From: Opitutales bacterium
Lineage (GTDB): Bacteria > Verrucomicrobiota > Verrucomicrobiia > Opitutales > UBA9783
DNA length: 64,000 bases
Assembly: GCA_016286235.1 (NCBI GenBank)
Contig: JAEESJ010000013.1
Coordinates: 1,950 to 65,949 of the forward strand
Direction of reading: 5' to 3'
Positions 29,260 to 40,526 of this stretch are shown here, piece by piece. Position 1 is the first letter of the stretch, and each line of letters opens with the position of its first letter. Position numbers and translations under genes: made by a program. The notes under the pieces are model-generated. The model was not told where the DNA came from and ran no database searches. It saw only the letters and a list, made by a program, of their open reading frames with translations.

Positions 29260-30200
29260 GGGATGCGAATCCAACCGCGCCCAGACGTTTGAGGGCGAAT
29301 GGCGGTACCGTCCGAATGCTCAATAACCAAGTTTCCGCCTTCGGAAAAAGAAACCTGCAATGCCGCTTCTTTCGGAACCGATTGTCGTGCGCCCGCTTCG
29401 AGCGTTCCGAAAAACACGCGCCTCTTATCCCGTTCGGTACGTACAAAAACCCGAACCGTTCCGGAAGCGACCAGGGTGATGATTTCGGAAGAAATCACGC
29501 CTATTGGCATATCCGTTTCCGAATTCGATAAGGTACGATCGGTTGTTGTTTGTAAATCATCGGCAACCCATCTCGGCGAATTGTCGACAACCGTCTTGGA
29601 TGAAGCACCAACGTCTGTTTCCTGCGACAAAAACATCTGGGGTTCCGTTCGGGTCACAACGGTCGCACTTTCTTCCGTCAGTGCCGGAATGATTTCCACT
29701 TCATTGACCACCGACGGCACCGCCTTTGTATCAGCGGAAGGCGTTTTTTTGCGGGCTCGACAGCCGAATAAAAGCAAGAGGACTACGCCTACAACGGTAA
29801 AAGATATAAAATACCTGTTACGGAGAGCGACACGAAAATCTACCTTCAAACGTTTCGGCGGGTTCTCCGAAGTGTCGGGCAAAACTTCGGTATCCTGCAC
29901 CGTTTCTTCTCCCGTTTCAAATTGTAAACGCCCCAAGGACGGGAATCCCGTTTTTTTGGAAGTTCCTCTTAGCGTCTCATACTCCGCCAAAAGTGCCGAC
30001 GTGTTCAAGTTCAAGAGTTTAACGTAAGCGATGAAAAAACCGCGTGTGTAAATTTCCGGCAATTTAACGGAAAACTCACCTGCCTCAAAACCCGCCAAAA
30101 TTTCCTTGGAGATATTCAGCTTGCCGGAAACATCCTCCAACGACAAACCAAGTTGTTGACGCGTCTGTTGCAAACGCTCTCCGAGGGTCGATTGCATCAT
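29256..30200 (-). CDS. RodZ-like protein (HTH + TM + DUF4115-like C-terminus)
   Basis: N-terminal XRE-type HTH (LGERLQQTRQQLGLSLEDVSGKLNISKEIL), a central TM (FISFTVVGVVLLLLFG) and a beta-rich C-terminus. The start is set at the ATG at 30200, because the longer ORF would run across rpsU. Confidence 0.65.
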   Translation of the reverse strand: MMQSTLGERLQQTRQQLGLSLEDVSGKLNISKEILAGFEAGEFSVKLPEIYTRGFFIAYVKLLNLNTSALLAEYETLRGTSKKTGFPSLGRLQFETGEETVQDTEVLPDTSENPPKRLKVDFRVALRNRYFISFTVVGVVLLLLFGCRARKKTPSADTKAVPSVVNEVEIIPALTEESATVVTRTEPQMFLSQETDVGASSKTVVDNSPRWVADDLQTTTDRTLSNSETDMPIGVISSEIITLVASGTVRVFVRTERDKRRVFFGTLEAGARQSVPKEAALQVSFSEGGNLVIEHSDGTAIRPQTSGRGWIRIP

Positions 30201-30339
30201 CCGCTCCCATGATACGTCATAGGGTGCCCGTCGCAAGATATTTCTGACATCAAAGCGGCTTAATGGCGGAAAAATTCGCGAAAAACGCTTGACGGTACCA
30301 TACCGAACATGTTCCATAAAAGCATCAGGAGAGTTTGGC

Positions 30340-30540
30340 ATGCCCGTTGATGTTAAAGTTCGTAAAGGCGAGACCGTTGAAAAGGCGTTACGTCGGTTAA
30401 AGCGCAAGTTAATTTATGAGAACATTCTGCGCGACGCAAAGGACAAGCGTTATTTCGAAGCACCAAGCGAGAAGCGTCGCCGCAAGAAAAAAGTTGCCGC
30501 GTTTAACAATATGTTGCGCCAGAAGCACGACTTTTTATAA
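30340..30540 (+). CDS. rpsU: 30S ribosomal protein S21
   Basis: 66 aa: MPVDVKVRKGETVEKALRRLKRKL...KRYFEAPSEKRRRKKK, the classic S21 pattern. Confidence 0.9.
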   Translation: MPVDVKVRKGETVEKALRRLKRKLIYENILRDAKDKRYFEAPSEKRRRKKKVAAFNNMLRQKHDFL

Positions 30541-30554
30541 GTCGGGTTGTTTCG

Positions 30555-31412
30555 ATGGCGTTTTCGCTTTCCGAAACACGGGAAATCCTGCGAAGGTTGA
30601 GGGTTCGTCCGAAGCGTAAGCTTGGGCAGAACTTTTTGCTCGACCCGCGAGTTACAGAACGGTCGGTTCAGTGGGCGCAAATTGCACCTTTGGGGGTTGT
30701 GATTGAAGTCGGTTCCGGTTGCGGGACGCTGACGGATGATTTGGTAAAAGCAGGCGCGCGGATATTTGCCGTCGAAAAAGATCCTGTTTTCGCGCAACAT
30801 GTTTCGGAACATTTTCCCGTTAATATCCTTCAAGCCGATGCGGTTGATTATCCCGTTGGAAATTTTGATTTAACGCAACCTTATAAGGTTGTTGCCAACC
30901 TGCCGTACGCGATTGCAAGCGTTTGGTTGGATAAAATTCTCGAACTGTCGCGGTTGCCGGATGTTTTGGTGCTGTTGGTTCAGAAAGAAGCGGCAGACCG
31001 TTGGTTCTCCGAAAGCGGCAATAAATCCTTTAGCGCGATTGGTATTTATTTACAGGCAATGTATCGGTTGGAACAAAAATGCAATGTTTCCAAGCGATGT
31101 TTTTATCCGCAACCAAAGGTCGATTCCGTACTGCTTCATATTCAAAAACGCGCCGACGGCTGTCTTTTCCCGAAAGAATTTAAGCAATTTATACGTACGA
31201 TTTTCACGCATCGACGGCAACAGATCGCACACGCCTGCAATGGAAGTAACGCACCTTTTGCGGATGATTTTCTTCATTTTTTGGAAAAACAAAAGCTTCC
31301 GAAAACCGTACGCGCCGAAGCCGTTCCCTTGGAGCTTTGGATTGCGTTTGCGAAGGCATATTTTTCGGAACATTCGGGCAAAACGGAATTTCATCACGAT
31401 ACCAGAAGTTAA
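30555..31412 (+). CDS. rsmA: 16S rRNA (adenine1518/1519-N6)-dimethyltransferase
   Basis: 285 aa. KKLGQNFLLD and the SAM motif VIEVGSGCGTLT. Confidence 0.9.
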   Translation: MAFSLSETREILRRLRVRPKRKLGQNFLLDPRVTERSVQWAQIAPLGVVIEVGSGCGTLTDDLVKAGARIFAVEKDPVFAQHVSEHFPVNILQADAVDYPVGNFDLTQPYKVVANLPYAIASVWLDKILELSRLPDVLVLLVQKEAADRWFSESGNKSFSAIGIYLQAMYRLEQKCNVSKRCFYPQPKVDSVLLHIQKRADGCLFPKEFKQFIRTIFTHRRQQIAHACNGSNAPFADDFLHFLEKQKLPKTVRAEAVPLELWIAFAKAYFSEHSGKTEFHHDTRS

Positions 31413-31462
31413 AAAACGATATTGACGTTTTTTCGGTTTTCCCATCGAATAAGGATAATCGG

Positions 31463-31538
<76 letters not shown>

Positions 31539-31994
31539 AAGTTTTTTTTGGGGTAATGTGCTCGGGCATGTAGGTGCGGGGGTGTGAGGTGTCTTTCTTA
31601 AAAGCGGGAAAAGGTTCGTTTTTATTTAAGGGTTTTCACGAATGCCATATTATGGTACATGCTGATTTGTTCCACTGAAAACGGCTTTTGAACATTTTTT
31701 TCGAAAGTAGAGTTGCTGTTTTTTAAGTTGCGATGTACATAAAACGGTTCCGGTCGCAACATTCTTATGTCCTGGAGCACGTTGGTATTTACCTCTCGAT
31801 GGTGTTTCAAAAGAAGCATCGGAGTACACCGGATGATAGAAATGCAACCGATGTCAACGAACAAAACACATTTTTTTGTCGTTTTCGCAACAACCATCGG
31901 CACGAGCATTTCGCAGGCAACAGCAAACAGTCATATAAACATTTGCACAACCGCTTTCGAAAAATCACCGCTCCGATTCCCTAAACATTGTTAT

Positions 31995-33104
31995 TTAATC
32001 AACATACCGCCAATCCATTTCTTTAAAATTGCATAAAATTTCGCAATCCGAACGATCGGCATCGATACAAAGATCGTTGATGGTATAGCGTTCGTCCAAA
32101 ATCATTGCATTTCCCGTCCAAACCGCTTCGGAAGGAATATCCGTCACATCGCAGGTAATCAATCCCATCGAAATGCGCCCGATAACGGAAGCGGGGTAAC
32201 GATCGGAGCCTTTCCGAAACCACACCGTTCCGCAGTTGCTTAAACTGCGCGGAAGTCCGTGCGAGTAACCGATGCCCAAAACCGCCACGACGGTATCACG
32301 TTTCGCTTCCCATGTGGCACCGTAACCGACACGCTCGCCCTTTCGGATGAGTTCCGTCTGCAAAACGGGCACTTCCAGTGTGACGGTCGGCTGCAGGCTT
32401 AATTTTTCAGGAAATACGTTGATGCCATACAAAGCCGCCCCGGTACGAATTTGCGCAATTGGAAGGTTTGTCGAATTTTGCACAAAGGCATCCAGCGCAA
32501 CGCTTCCGGGAAGTTGAAACCGTTGAAGTGAGCGACCGTACGCGTCGTACTGCCGGCGGTTTTGTTCCTCAATAGTGCGATTGCGTTCGATATCATCGGA
32601 CTGAGATTCGGAAACACACGAAAAATGGGTCATGATAACGGAGACGTGCGCATTTTTTAAACGCTCCGAAGTACATAATGACCAATCCTTTTCTGGAAGC
32701 CCGAGACGGTTAAAGCCTGTTTCGACATCCAAAATACAGGAAGTTTTAACCTCCGACAGCAAATCTTCCCAATTTTTCAGCTGTTCCAAACTGTTAATCA
32801 CGGGTGTCAGTCGATAATTTCGGAATAATTCCCGCGAACCGTTTTGAAGACCGTTCAAAACATTGATTTGGATATCTGAAAATTTGTCGCGCAACTCAAT
32901 ACCTTCGAGTGCGGTTGAGACGTAAAAATTACGGCAACCGCAGGCAATCAATGCGCGAACGATTTCAACGGCTCCCAATCCGTACGCATTAGATTTAACA
33001 ACGGGGCAGATTTCGGCGTTCGGTGCATATTTTCGAATTCTCGCGTAGTTTTCGCGAACGGCATTTAAATGAACAGTTATTTGCGGTCGAAGTAAGGTTC
33101 CCAT
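31995..33104 (-). CDS. alr: alanine racemase
   Basis: PLP-lysine motif PVVKSNAYGLG. The start is taken at the ATG at 33104 (MGTLLRPQITV...). The ORF track extends to 33143. Confidence 0.88.
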   Translation of the reverse strand: MGTLLRPQITVHLNAVRENYARIRKYAPNAEICPVVKSNAYGLGAVEIVRALIACGCRNFYVSTALEGIELRDKFSDIQINVLNGLQNGSRELFRNYRLTPVINSLEQLKNWEDLLSEVKTSCILDVETGFNRLGLPEKDWSLCTSERLKNAHVSVIMTHFSCVSESQSDDIERNRTIEEQNRRQYDAYGRSLQRFQLPGSVALDAFVQNSTNLPIAQIRTGAALYGINVFPEKLSLQPTVTLEVPVLQTELIRKGERVGYGATWEAKRDTVVAVLGIGYSHGLPRSLSNCGTVWFRKGSDRYPASVIGRISMGLITCDVTDIPSEAVWTGNAMILDERYTINDLCIDADRSDCEILCNFKEMDWRYVD

Positions 33105-33304
33105 GACTGTCGTTATTCTTGTGCGTTTCGTATTCAAATACAATTTTTAATGTTTGCGGAAAATACAAAAAAGTCGATTTTTGCAAATATCATAAAGCAC
33201 GTACTGCAGTACTCGAAGAACTTCACGCCATGAGCTTATAGAGATAGGAAAAAATTCTTATAAAGTTGTGCATTACGGAATAATCTCTCGCGCACCGAAG
33301 CACA

Positions 33305-34495
33305 TCATCCCTTAAACCAATCGCACATTCGTTTCCACACGGAAGTTGCGGTTGTTTTCGGAGCCGTCGGATCGGGTTGTAAGGTATATTGCAACAGTCC
33401 GAGGCACGTAGCATATGTCGGTGATTTTAACGTTTCATTGACGGGTGCAACGGAACCGCGAACGCAACAATCGCAACAAAAAGTTTCGGCGGCAATTTTT
33501 TCGATATTTTTCAACAACGCACCGCCGCCCGTCAGAACTACGCCCGACAAAAGTTCTTTTTCGTTGCCGATGCACTTTGAAACATATCCGAATAATTCCT
33601 GCGCGCGCGCCAAAAGGATCGTGCGAAGATTTTTTGTTTTAACCGCCTTATCCCCGATGGAGCGGTCGCCGACCACCCAAATTTCCTCGGGTGTTTCGGG
33701 AGTTAAATTCGGAATGCCGTATTCGCACTTTAAACGTTCCGCGTCTTGGTCCAAAATGCGCAAGCCCGAACACACATCGCGGGTAAAATTTTGCCCGCCG
33801 ACGGGGAAAGTTCCCGACGCTACAACGGTGTGACGTTTATAAACCACGTAATCGGTCATTTGCGCACCGATATCGATCGCGCACACGCCGTTTTCGCGCT
33901 CGACGGGCATTGTAACGGCAAGCGCGGATGCCATTGCCGAAAAAACCAAATGCCGAACGCTGAAACCGAATTGATTAACGGCATGAAGCTGATCGCGGAT
34001 CGGTTGCGCTTTTCCGAAAAGCAAATCACAGTGAGCCGTTATTTGGTTCGCCTCTTGACCGATCGGTTGCTCAACGCGGGCGCCGTTGACGGTGTAAAAT
34101 TTCGGAGAAATATGCAACGAAACGACTTCGGGTGGTAATTCCTTTTCGGCAATCAACCGATGCAGGCGCTCCAAATCGTTTTGTTCAATGCGATGCCGAA
34201 AATCCGAAAACGGCAACAACAGCTCGAAGGAAGTGCTTTGCAGATGCGTTCCGCTCTGGGAAAGAGTCAAATCCTGCGGCAAGGTTCCGAAGCGTTTGGA
34301 TAAATCCGTGAATAAATCCCGAAGCACCGCGCTCAATGCCTTTGCGTCTTCGATGCGCCCTTTCTGAACGCCTGCGGACGGAACTTGCGCGTGCCCGATG
34401 AGGTTAAATTGCGCTCCGACGCGCTCGCCCAACAAAAACGTAATACTTTGCGAACCGATATCCAACGCACCGAAGCGGTTCCGTCGCGAGACCAT
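33305..34495 (-). CDS. ftsA: cell division protein FtsA
   Basis: 396 aa actin-like ATPase (ALDIGSQSI..., VLTGGGALLKNI). The C-terminal amphipathic tail SVWKRMCDWFKG resembles the E. coli FtsA membrane-targeting helix. Confidence 0.8.
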   Translation of the reverse strand: MVSRRNRFGALDIGSQSITFLLGERVGAQFNLIGHAQVPSAGVQKGRIEDAKALSAVLRDLFTDLSKRFGTLPQDLTLSQSGTHLQSTSFELLLPFSDFRHRIEQNDLERLHRLIAEKELPPEVVSLHISPKFYTVNGARVEQPIGQEANQITAHCDLLFGKAQPIRDQLHAVNQFGFSVRHLVFSAMASALAVTMPVERENGVCAIDIGAQMTDYVVYKRHTVVASGTFPVGGQNFTRDVCSGLRILDQDAERLKCEYGIPNLTPETPEEIWVVGDRSIGDKAVKTKNLRTILLARAQELFGYVSKCIGNEKELLSGVVLTGGGALLKNIEKIAAETFCCDCCVRGSVAPVNETLKSPTYATCLGLLQYTLQPDPTAPKTTATSVWKRMCDWFKG

Positions 34496-34510
34496 GGCTG
34501 CAAAATAATT

Positions 34511-36445
34511 TCAACGAACGGCGGCAGATTGGGCGGGAATCGCGGGATCAGAGGCGTTTTTATCGTCTTTGGGCTTGTCGGTCGTCGAAACGTCAGGTGA
34601 TTGCACCGAAGTATCCGTTGCGTCATCTTCCGTCGTTTTTTCGGTTTTTTGCCCGACTTCCGATGTATCTCTTGCATCAGGTTCTTCGGAAGATGCACTC
34701 TCAAAGAAAAGAACACAAACGGTTTCAATCGCCGACAAAGGAACTCTTATCGTTGTCACAAACACCTCGGGATCGACTTCGACTTCGGAGGAAATTCCTA
34801 CAACGGCATCCTTCGAAAATTCGATACCGAAGTCATTAAAAATATCCAGTTGCAGGCATACATCATAGTTTTGTTTTTGATTTTGAATGTAAGAAAACGT
34901 CCGCACGTCTTTCATTCGTTCAATGGATTTTTTAAACCCTTCCAAACTCGTCGCCCAAAAAAGGTATCCTCTACCTAAACAGCAATACAACCTAAGGGTG
35001 CCCGGATGCTTTGCATCATTTGAACCAAAAATAAGTTTATGCACCAAAGAACCTTTATCGAAGCAACAACCGCCGTCAAAAATTTCGCTTCCCGGAAGGT
35101 TCTTGCAAGCGGCAGATGAAAATTGTTGACGGCAGATTTTGCTCAAATCCTCCAGAAAAGAACATAACCGGTTATCCGTCATTGACGGCTTCATTTCCTC
35201 GAAAGAAAAAGAGACGCTTTTGCTTTTGCCGTCTCCTAAAATATCATACCTTTGACTGTTACCTGTCGAAAATTCTCTTCCGAATCGCAGACATTCGGTA
35301 ACAACCGGATAAATGATTTGCGCCCATCGGTACACTTGATGCGCGATCGGATCGCATTCCCACTCCGATGGTTTTTTTATACGCGTCGAAAGTGCCGAAA
35401 AAAGTGTTTCGAGAGCCGTATAATCGCAAAACGAAAACACTTTCAACATGGTTCCTTTCGACGGAAAATCCAAAATATGATGCTCTCGCATACGCTCGCT
35501 TAGAGATTTCCCGTAAATCGACCAGGGCGTTTTCGGCTTCGCCCGATGCCGCAACGAAACGCGTAACTCGTCTCCCTCCGTATCCAAAGTTAAAGTGATT
35601 TTGTCGAAGTCATCTTTGATGTACGCATCGTAAGCCAGTTTCAGCATCGGCAGGGGCATAAAAGCACTCAAACTTTCGACGTCAAAATCAACGGAAAGCA
35701 GATGATGAACACATTCCTTTGCTGGATCGAATAATGTCGTAACAATCGAAAAATCTTTAAAATCCGAAAGCAAATCTTTCGGAGCCGCGACCCAAATTCC
35801 GTAAGTTTTTTCCGGAATTGGAGACGGAGCAATCAACTGCCAATCACCCTTTCGGTTTGCCTCGGATTGCAGATTTTTAACAATCAAACTTTCGGGCGTT
35901 GCTTTGAAACCGATCAAAGGCGCAACCCCGTTTATCTTATCGGGAAACAACAAAACGTAACACGGTGCGGTCGGGTCGACGCCGGGACAATCGGAACCGC
36001 CAATCGAACCGCTGATAAACAGTTGCGCCAGAGTTGAAAATCCCGGATAAACTTTATCTCCGATCAAAAAAGCTTTTTTCAAACCGTCCTGGAGATTTGA
36101 AATCGCAATCGTTGCAATCGGTTTCAACGGCAAAGCTGCAATGTTTTTGGCTAAATCACGCTCCAAAAAATCGGACAGTTGCTCTTTAATAATTTTGCCG
36201 TAATCGACGGTCGACGGGGGAGATTCCTTCACGATTTCCGCAGGCGAATTTTGAGCACTTTCTCTTTTCTCGTTTGCGGGATCGGCAGTCTTTTTTGAAT
36301 GTTTCGAATTTTCCTTGTCGGCTTCCGCACTGTTTTTCTCAACTATTTTCGGAACAGGTACCGCCATGATGGTACAAGGCGGAATGTTCTTAAAAACGCC
36401 CGAAATTAAGGAAAAGCCGACGACAAAAACATAAGGGAAACGCAT
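34511..36445 (-). CDS. secreted or membrane-anchored hypothetical protein
   Basis: 644-aa ORF with an N-terminal hydrophobic segment, a K/E-rich linker and an acidic/T-rich C-terminus. It ends 15 nt upstream of the ftsA start and so occupies the ftsQ-like position. Confidence 0.5.
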   Translation of the reverse strand: MRFPYVFVVGFSLISGVFKNIPPCTIMAVPVPKIVEKNSAEADKENSKHSKKTADPANEKRESAQNSPAEIVKESPPSTVDYGKIIKEQLSDFLERDLAKNIAALPLKPIATIAISNLQDGLKKAFLIGDKVYPGFSTLAQLFISGSIGGSDCPGVDPTAPCYVLLFPDKINGVAPLIGFKATPESLIVKNLQSEANRKGDWQLIAPSPIPEKTYGIWVAAPKDLLSDFKDFSIVTTLFDPAKECVHHLLSVDFDVESLSAFMPLPMLKLAYDAYIKDDFDKITLTLDTEGDELRVSLRHRAKPKTPWSIYGKSLSERMREHHILDFPSKGTMLKVFSFCDYTALETLFSALSTRIKKPSEWECDPIAHQVYRWAQIIYPVVTECLRFGREFSTGNSQRYDILGDGKSKSVSFSFEEMKPSMTDNRLCSFLEDLSKICRQQFSSAACKNLPGSEIFDGGCCFDKGSLVHKLIFGSNDAKHPGTLRLYCCLGRGYLFWATSLEGFKKSIERMKDVRTFSYIQNQKQNYDVCLQLDIFNDFGIEFSKDAVVGISSEVEVDPEVFVTTIRVPLSAIETVCVLFFESASSEEPDARDTSEVGQKTEKTTEDDATDTSVQSPDVSTTDKPKDDKNASDPAIPAQSAAVR

Positions 36446-36577
36446 ACGTTTTCATTATGTCGCGGATACATTTTTCGGTAAAGCGTTTTTACGGGATTTT
36501 TACCAAACACAACCTTCGGTCGAGCGAGTTTAAACTGGACGAATAAAAGGAATTTTCTCAGGATCAAAACGTCATTT

Positions 36578-39205
36578 ATGGAGAAAACCTACCTGCCGAC
36601 CGCCATTCAAAAAAAGTGGAACCGACGATGGTCGGAAATGCACTGTTTCGAAGCCAAAAACGACGGTCGAACGACGTTCACGATTTTCATGCCGCCGCCC
36701 AACGTAACGGGAATTTTGCATATGGGGCATGTGCTGAATAATACGGTTCAGGACGTATTGTGTCGTTGGGCGCGCATTTGCGGGAAGGATGTTCTGTGGC
36801 TTCCGGGAACGGATCACGCGGGTATTGCGACGCAGAGTAAGGTCGAAAAGGTTCTCAAAAAAGAGGAAGGTCTCACGCGACATCAGTTGGGGCGCAAAGC
36901 GTTTCTGCAACGCGTTGAACAGTGGCGCGAAAAACACGGGCACATTATATTTGACCAACTGAAACAGCTGGGTATGTCGTGCGATTGGTCGCGGGCAACC
37001 TACACGCGGGATGCGGATTATTCACGTCGGGTTTTGGAAGCGTTCGTAAAACTGTACGAACGCGGGTATATTTACAAAGGGAAACGGCTCGTGAATTGGT
37101 GCCCCGTATCTCAAACGGCACTCAGCGACGAAGAAGTCATCATGAAGCCGACGAAGGGCTTTCTTTGGACGTTTCGCTACGAAATCGTCGAAAAACCGAA
37201 TACCTTCATTCCCATCGCCACCACGCGCCCCGAAACAATCCCGGGCGATACGGCACTGGCGGTACATCCGAACGATCCGCGTTATCAAGTGCTTATCGGC
37301 TTGCACGCGCGTTGTCCGTTTGACGAAAAACGAACCATTCCGATTATCGCGGACGAAGCGGTGGAAAAGGATTTCGGAACGGGTGCATTGAAGATTACTC
37401 CGGCACACGATCCCGTCGATTTCGCAGTAGGGCAACGCCACAATCTTCCGTTCATCGAAGTGTTGGATGCAGGCGGGAAAGTGAATGCCAACGGTGCGCC
37501 GTTCGAAGGATTGGATCGCGCGGAAGCACGAAAAGCCGTCGTCGAAGCGTTGCGCGAAAAGGGGCTTCTTGTAAAGGAGGAACCGTACGAACACAATGTC
37601 GGTTATTCGGAGCGCGCCGACGTTCCCATCGAACCGCGTTTGTCGGAACAATGGTTTTTGAGTTATCCGCAAACGGAGGCGGCGAAGCGGTTGGCGGAGG
37701 AGAAGTTAATTCGTTTTTATCCGCAACATTGGGAAAAGGTTTATCGACATTGGCTGGATAACCTACAGGATTGGTGCATCAGCCGGCAGCTCTGGTGGGG
37801 GCACCGCATCCCCGTTTGGTACCGTAAAGACGATCCGTCGAAGTTGCATGTGTCCGTCGAACCACCGACCGACATTGAAAACTGGACACAGGATCCCGAC
37901 GTATTGGATACGTGGTTTTCATCCTGGCTGTGGCCGCTCGGAACATTGCACTATAAAGAAAATACGGATAAAAACCTTTTCGATCGTTATTTTCCGAGCG
38001 ATGTGTTGGTTTCGGGCGCGGACATTCTCTTTTTCTGGATTACGCGCATGATTATAGCGTCATTGGAATTCGTTGACGATCGACCGATTGAGCAACGCAT
38101 TCCGTTTAAGAATATCTATTTAACGGGGATTGTGCGCGACGCAAAAGGGCGAAAGATGTCCAAAAGCCTCGGTAATTCGCCCGATCCGTTGGATCTCATC
38201 CAAACGTACGGCGCGGACGGCGTACGCATCGGTCTGTTGTCGATTGCACCGCAGGGGCAGGATATTCGTTTCGACGAACACGCGCTGTTGTCGGGACGCA
38301 ATTTCTGCACGAAATTGTGGAACGCCTGCCGTTTTCGTCTGATGCAGGGCAGAGCAGGGGAGTATCGGACGTTGGATGATTATTTCGACGCGATGACCGA
38401 CCTGACACCTTTCGACGGCTACCTGTTGCATTCCCTGCTTCAAACGGCGGAAACGTATGAAAAGCACTTGAAGCAATATGAATTCAATGCCGCCGTTAAA
38501 GATTTACAGGCGTGTTTTCGGGATGTTTTTTGCGATTTCTATCTGGAGGTGCAAAAACATCAATCGAAATCTTGTTTGGCGGTTCAGGATCTTTTTTTAC
38601 GGCAAATGTTACAGATGTTGCATCCGTTTATTCCCTATATCACAGAAGAATTGTGGGAACAGATGCATCTCGGAACGGGAATGCTTCATGAAAACACTTG
38701 GAATTTATCGGCTTTTAAACGGCGTTTTGAGCAACTGAATGTTCCCGAAAAAGAATGTTCGGAGGTTGGTCGTCTCGTCGATCTCATCGGGCAGTTGCGA
38801 ACCTTAAAAGCGGAGCACGGCAAGGGCAGTAAGTCGGTTGTGATGCACATATTATCGGAGAAACACTGCGAAGATTTCGAAAAATATCGCGAACTTTTGG
38901 TACGTTTGGTCGGCTTAAAGGCGTTGGAAATGACGCAAAAACCGCTTTCGGGCTTGCCAAACATTGTGACGCACTGCGGAACGTTTTTCATCGAAACCTC
39001 ATCCGCGAATAACGCGGCGAATACGGACAAAACGCAACTTCGGCAACAACTTGAAGAACTGTCGAAGCACATCCAAACGGCGGAGACCAAGCTTTCCAAC
39101 GAAAAATTTTTGTCGCATGCGGCACCGAACGTCGTCGAAGGCGTGAAGCGGCAGTTGGAGGAAAATCGCCGAAAATACGAAGCTTTGAAGAAATTGATGG
39201 GGTAG
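36578..39205 (+). CDS. valS: valine--tRNA ligase
   Basis: 875 aa. HIGH-type motif (ILHMGHVLN), KMSKS and a C-terminal coiled coil. Confidence 0.95.
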   Translation: MEKTYLPTAIQKKWNRRWSEMHCFEAKNDGRTTFTIFMPPPNVTGILHMGHVLNNTVQDVLCRWARICGKDVLWLPGTDHAGIATQSKVEKVLKKEEGLTRHQLGRKAFLQRVEQWREKHGHIIFDQLKQLGMSCDWSRATYTRDADYSRRVLEAFVKLYERGYIYKGKRLVNWCPVSQTALSDEEVIMKPTKGFLWTFRYEIVEKPNTFIPIATTRPETIPGDTALAVHPNDPRYQVLIGLHARCPFDEKRTIPIIADEAVEKDFGTGALKITPAHDPVDFAVGQRHNLPFIEVLDAGGKVNANGAPFEGLDRAEARKAVVEALREKGLLVKEEPYEHNVGYSERADVPIEPRLSEQWFLSYPQTEAAKRLAEEKLIRFYPQHWEKVYRHWLDNLQDWCISRQLWWGHRIPVWYRKDDPSKLHVSVEPPTDIENWTQDPDVLDTWFSSWLWPLGTLHYKENTDKNLFDRYFPSDVLVSGADILFFWITRMIIASLEFVDDRPIEQRIPFKNIYLTGIVRDAKGRKMSKSLGNSPDPLDLIQTYGADGVRIGLLSIAPQGQDIRFDEHALLSGRNFCTKLWNACRFRLMQGRAGEYRTLDDYFDAMTDLTPFDGYLLHSLLQTAETYEKHLKQYEFNAAVKDLQACFRDVFCDFYLEVQKHQSKSCLAVQDLFLRQMLQMLHPFIPYITEELWEQMHLGTGMLHENTWNLSAFKRRFEQLNVPEKECSEVGRLVDLIGQLRTLKAEHGKGSKSVVMHILSEKHCEDFEKYRELLVRLVGLKALEMTQKPLSGLPNIVTHCGTFFIETSSANNAANTDKTQLRQQLEELSKHIQTAETKLSNEKFLSHAAPNVVEGVKRQLEENRRKYEALKKLMG

Positions 39206-39273
39206 GGGGCGTATTTTTTCCTTTCTTTTTCGGAAAAATTTTTTAGTATAAAGGCGTTGCTGAAAATTTTTTG

Positions 39274-40512
39274 ATGGAGTGGTCGCAGCGAATTGTGATT
39301 ACAGGCGTCGGTTTGGTCGCGCCGAACGGGAATTCTCTGGCGGAATTCCGCAAACATTTGCTGGAAGGATGCGCGCGCATTCAACGCATCGACATGCGTT
39401 ACATGGGACTCGTTTTGGCGGGCGTCTGCGCTTTTAACGCGACCGATTATCAAACCAAAAAGGAAATTCGCACCGGAACGCGCGCCGGATCGATCGGTAT
39501 TTATTGCGCGCACAAAGCGATTGAATCGAGCCGTTTGCCGTGGGAACTGCTCGATAAAAGCCGCGTTGGCGTCTACATCGGTATTACGGAACATGGAACG
39601 GTTGAAACGGAAAACGAAGTCTACCAGCTGTCGCAATTCGGTTACGATACCAAATACTGGAATCATCATCATAATCCGCGAACGGTTGCCAATAATCCCG
39701 CCGGGGAAATTTCCATCAACCTCGGCATTACGGGACCGCATTACACCCTGGGCGGTGCCTGCGCCGGCGGAAATCTCGGGATTATTCAGGGGGTTCAAAT
39801 GTTGCGCCTTGGCGAAGTCGATTATGCGCTCGCCGGCGGGGTAGGGGAGAGTACCGGCAGTTTCGGGATTTTTGCCGGCTTCAAAAACCAGGGAGCGTTG
39901 GCGGAATATGCCGATCCAAATAAAGCCAGCCGACCGTTCGACCGCGACCGCAACGGAATTGTGATCAGCGAAGGCGGTTGTTTATTTACCCTGGAACGGT
40001 TGAATGATGCACTGGCGCGGAACGCCAAAATCTACGGAGAAATCATCGGATACGGCATCAATTCGGATGCGACGAATACGGTTCTTCCCGACAGTGAACG
40101 ACAGGCGGAATGCATGCGGCTTGCGTTGAAAAAAGCGGAACTTCAACCGAATGACATTGATATCGTCAGTACGCATGCAACGTCGACCGTCGAAGGCGAT
40201 CGGCGCGAATGCCAAGCACTGAGAGACGTTTTCAAAGACGCGCCGAATACACATTTCAACAACACCAAAAGCTTTATCGGACACACCATGGGGGCGGCGG
40301 GGGCGTTGGAATTGGCGGGGAATTTGCCGTCTTTTGAAGATAAAATCATCCATCCGACCATCAACGTCGATAACCTCGATCCCGAGTGTGAACTTCCGAA
40401 TTTAGTCATCCGTACGCCGAAACAATTACAACGGGCGAATACGATTTTAAGCAATTCTTTCGGTATGTTGGGGATCAATTCGACGGTGATTGTACAACGC
40501 TTTAATTCTTAA
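39274..40512 (+). CDS. beta-ketoacyl-ACP synthase (second, FabF/FabB-like KAS)
   Basis: About 412 aa. Cys-His-His triad contexts GGACAGGN, STHATST and GHTMGAAG. Distinct from the fabF at 26095. Confidence 0.85.
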   Translation: MEWSQRIVITGVGLVAPNGNSLAEFRKHLLEGCARIQRIDMRYMGLVLAGVCAFNATDYQTKKEIRTGTRAGSIGIYCAHKAIESSRLPWELLDKSRVGVYIGITEHGTVETENEVYQLSQFGYDTKYWNHHHNPRTVANNPAGEISINLGITGPHYTLGGACAGGNLGIIQGVQMLRLGEVDYALAGGVGESTGSFGIFAGFKNQGALAEYADPNKASRPFDRDRNGIVISEGGCLFTLERLNDALARNAKIYGEIIGYGINSDATNTVLPDSERQAECMRLALKKAELQPNDIDIVSTHATSTVEGDRRECQALRDVFKDAPNTHFNNTKSFIGHTMGAAGALELAGNLPSFEDKIIHPTINVDNLDPECELPNLVIRTPKQLQRANTILSNSFGMLGINSTVIVQRFNS

Positions 40513-40526
40513 AACTTAAAACATAC

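Noticed and set aside
29299-30027. 242-aa plus-strand ORF
   Set aside because: It is antisense to the RodZ-like gene, which has a recognisable HTH/TM architecture. It is S/T/V-rich with no motif.
38686-39798. 370-aa minus-strand ORF spanning the valS 3' end and the KAS 5' end
   Set aside because: It overlaps two strongly supported plus-strand genes and the intergenic gap between them. Its composition is atypical (R/F/S-rich). It is not credible.
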